NCBI RefSeq assembly: GCF_009834535.1
Contig: NC_045700.1
Span: 12,152,001-12,216,000, forward strand
Length of the DNA: 64,000 bases
DNA from: Camelus ferus
Lineage: Eukaryota
Direction: 5' to 3'
Position 1 is the first letter of the stretch. Every line of letters starts with the position of its first letter. This document shows positions 60,930 through 64,000 of the stretch, one piece after another. The notes beneath the pieces are model-generated. The model was not told the origin of the DNA. It made no database searches and saw only the letters and a list, made by a program, of their open reading frames with translations. The position numbers and the translations under genes are program-made.

Positions 60930-62560
60930 AGAGAAGGAAATAAAAACATTGGATTGGAAAGAAGAAAGAAACTTCTATTATTTGCAGACAATTGTATCAT
61001 ACATGAAAAACCCCAAAAAGAACTACACATAAACTATTAACACGAATGGAAGAATTTATCAAATTTGCTAGATATAATATTAATTTATAAAAATGAAGTG
61101 GGTAACCAGAGACCAACGTCCACAATCCGAGACTTCTATTTGAAAGGTACCATGTACAGGAGTATAAAATGTCCAAAACCCAGGATAACATAGGTACGAG
61201 ACATCAGTACAGAAAACTGTAAAATATAATTGAGAGAAATTTAAAACAACAGATAAATGGATACAAAAACTCACAATGACACTTTATATTAATGAATCAG
61301 AAGAATCAATGTAAGGATGTCAATCCTTTCAAAATTGGTTGTTTAGAAAATGTTAAAATGTTAAAAGTGAAAATGAAATACAAAGGACTGAGAATAGAAA
61401 AAAGAATCTGATCATTAAAGTTGGGAAGACTGCTTTCCCTGGATATTATAAAAATGTGATATTTAAAGTTAGTGTAGTATCTGCACAAAGTAATGAAATA
61501 GACCAATGTAAGTGAGTTAAGATGAATGAAATGCATGATTTATGTAAAAGGTATCATTGGAGAACAGTGGCAGAAATGATAGTCTTTTGAATAAATGATG
61601 CTGGGCCAGTTGATCATCCATAGCAGATATGCACCTTATCCAATATATAAAAGTCAGTCCGTAAGTATTTTCTCTAAATTCTAATGGGCACCTCACAGCT
61701 TCCAGAAGTTAATACAAGAAAGCACCTCCACAATTTGGGAAAAGGGAATGATTTCACACATAGGACACGATGAGCACTAACCATGAAGTAAAAGACTGAT
61801 AAATTAGGTTAATAAAATTAAGAACTTCTTTTTATTAATAGACCCAAGGAAGAAAGTAAATATGCAAGCCACAGACTAGGAGAGAACATTTTCAAATAAT
61901 ATAACTACAAAACCAATTACATCTAGAATATATAAAAATTTCTCAGATCTATAAATTAGAGAGAACAAAACAACTGAAAAAAATGTTCAAGTTACCTAAA
62001 AAGACATTTCCAAAATGGCATTATCCAAGTGGCTAATAAACACATAAAAATGTGCAGAGAGTTTCAAATAAAAAACAATGGAGTACATGCCAAAATTCTT
62101 AAAACTAAGAATTAAAATAGCAAATTTTGGCAAAGATGTGGTCCAGCTGGAACTCCCCTGTTCTACTTGTGTCAGCTCAAATGTTACAAACATTTGAAAT
62201 AACTCCTCACTATTATTTACTAAAGCTGAACCTATGCGTACCTTTTCTCCTGTAATTCCACCCTCATTCGCACCCAACAGACACACACGGGTAGATGCAC
62301 CAAAAGACATGTATTAAAATTTTAATAGCATTTTTCATTATTGCAAGAAGTGTGAAAAAATGGCTATCAACAATAGACTGGATAAATATATTGCTTTTTA
62401 AAGATTTCATAACGAAAGACCAATATACAGCAAAGAGAGTGAATTGCTACGCAAAACAAGAAGTTGAATCTCACAAACATGATGTTGTGTGAAAGAAGCC
62501 AGGCACAAATACATATTATATGATTCAATGTAAATGAAGCTCAAAACCCTGCAACTTTAA
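60930..62560 (+). mobile_element. Old L1ME ORF2 to 3' UTR
   Basis: tatttgcagacaattgtatcatacatgaaaaacccc...aaatgatgctgggccagttg...cacaaacatgatgttgtgtgaaagaagccag. Confidence 0.75.
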
Positions 62561-63164
62561 CCTGTGGTTTCAGAAGTAAGGTTAGTAGCTGATTTTGAAA
62601 AGGAGGAAGAGTCAAAGATTGCGGAAGGACCCAGACCGGACTTTTCCAGGTGGTAACAACGTTCTTACTCTTGACTAAGTTGATGATCATACTGGAAGAT
62701 TTACTTTGTGAACATTCAAGGGGTTGTATTCCTAAAATTGTTCCACTTTCCCGCCTGTAGAGTCTACTAGAAATTGTACAAGGGCATCTCTTCTTCAACT
62801 AGATGATTCACATTGTTAAGGCTACATCTTTGCATAACCTAGAATTATCTTGTCTTCTCCACCATAGGACATAGCGCTGTAACTGGAAGTGTATCCTCAC
62901 CAACTTCTGTGGATGGAGAACGTATGTCCCATCATCACAAGCTTCTTGGACTGGGGTCTTTCTCATCCAAAATATTAATGCCTTCTTCTCTTCCTTATTT
63001 CTGAATACAAGTGAGAGTTCCCAGAATTTTTCATTCTTAACCTATTTCTTTTTCAAAAAAACTTCATGATAGAGATTATATTCTTTCTGGCATGATTTAA
63101 ATTATTTTATATTTATTTATCTTTTTTATACCCAATTCGTTTGCTGACATTATGATGTAGTACA

Positions 63165-63330
63165 GTTAAATAAGCAAAACTTTGGTGTCAAACAGCCCTG
63201 GTTTCAAATCTCACCTGTGTATTTTTTTTAACTGCATGATTTAGGACAACTTACTTAAACTCACTGATCCCAGTTTTCTAATTTTAAAATAAAATAATAA
63301 TGCTTATTCAGTACCTTATAGTAAGGGATA
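63165..63330 (+). mobile_element. MIR
   Basis: tttggtgtcaaacagccctggtttcaaatc...ggacaacttacttaaactcactgatcccagttttc. Confidence 0.65.
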
Positions 63331-63349
63331 GAATAAAATAACCTAGAAA

Positions 63350-63930
63350 CAACACTTTGCATTGAATTTTTCTCATAGACTACTAATTTCATTCCCCTCA
63401 TAAATCATGGTTTTGAATCAAAGTAGTCAATGGAAAAATATCCTTTATGTAACAGAGGAATCAATATCTTTCTTTTTTCTTTGCAAGAGTATAGAATATT
63501 TAGAGGACATTGGTATTTTTAGGATGAAAAATGTGGAATGAATTAAATTCATTAACTTTTCATATATTCTCTAACATTATTTTTCATAATCCCTTGCTTG
63601 TCAAATAGTAAGGTTTGTGGAAAAAACTTCACAAGATATTTCAATAGAAAAAAAAACTTATTAAAAGTATTATTAGCTCTTTAATGGGATTCCAGTTTCA
63701 ATATTTATGTAAGAATCTTATAAATGTGGCTGGCGTTTCCTTAAAATCTAAAATGAAAGAAGAAAAAAGAAAAAAGATGATTTTCTTAAACTGATTAAAC
63801 CTTTATATATCAGTAGGTTTTTTCCCCCTTTCAAATATCGTAGATGTAAAGAAAGGAGTCAAAACACAGAAATTTAAGACCTGTGGTCATAACCGACATA
63901 TTATCATTTTGTCCTCATGCCATTGGCCAA
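63350..63930 (-). mobile_element. Possible ancient LINE remnant (RTE-X/L4 or CR1-like)
   Basis: Only faint resemblance to a recalled consensus; unverified. Confidence 0.2.
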
Positions 63931-64000
63931 AGCAAATCAGAAAGGATCAGAAAAATCCAGTCCTCCTTGGTGAGGCCATGAGAAGGTATGACTGCAGGGA

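Overview
AT-rich, CpG-depleted placental-mammal genomic DNA with two assembly gaps (32399-32553 and 44675-44832). Three tRNA-derived SINEs match the camelid vic-1-type consensus as I recall it, and I see no Alu, B1/B2, Bov-tA, PRE-1 or Can-SINE, so the source is probably a camelid (alpaca, llama or camel). Much of the window is interspersed repeat: old L1M, L2, MIR, MLT1, ERVL and MER5/MER53, plus several young 5'-truncated L1 3' ends (most with target-site duplications) and two solo LTRs. I recognise no known protein-coding gene, CpG island, RNA gene or CRISPR array. The window reads as intronic or intergenic, and almost all listed ORFs are chance or repeat-derived. The best-supported oddities are retrotransposition events: a twin-primed inverted L1 with a 16-bp TSD, a SINE with a probable 3' transduction, a head-to-head L1 inverted repeat, and a local L1 duplication beside a tandem repeat. 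More speculatively, a phase-compatible chain of minus-strand exon candidates (26.5-29.2 kb, plus a strong 84-nt exon at 14.6 kb) and two plus-strand Kozak-ATG/GT micro-exons could belong to unannotated transcripts. I found no convincing novel biological system. Repeat subfamily names come from recalled consensus sequences, and repeat boundaries are approximate unless a TSD is given.
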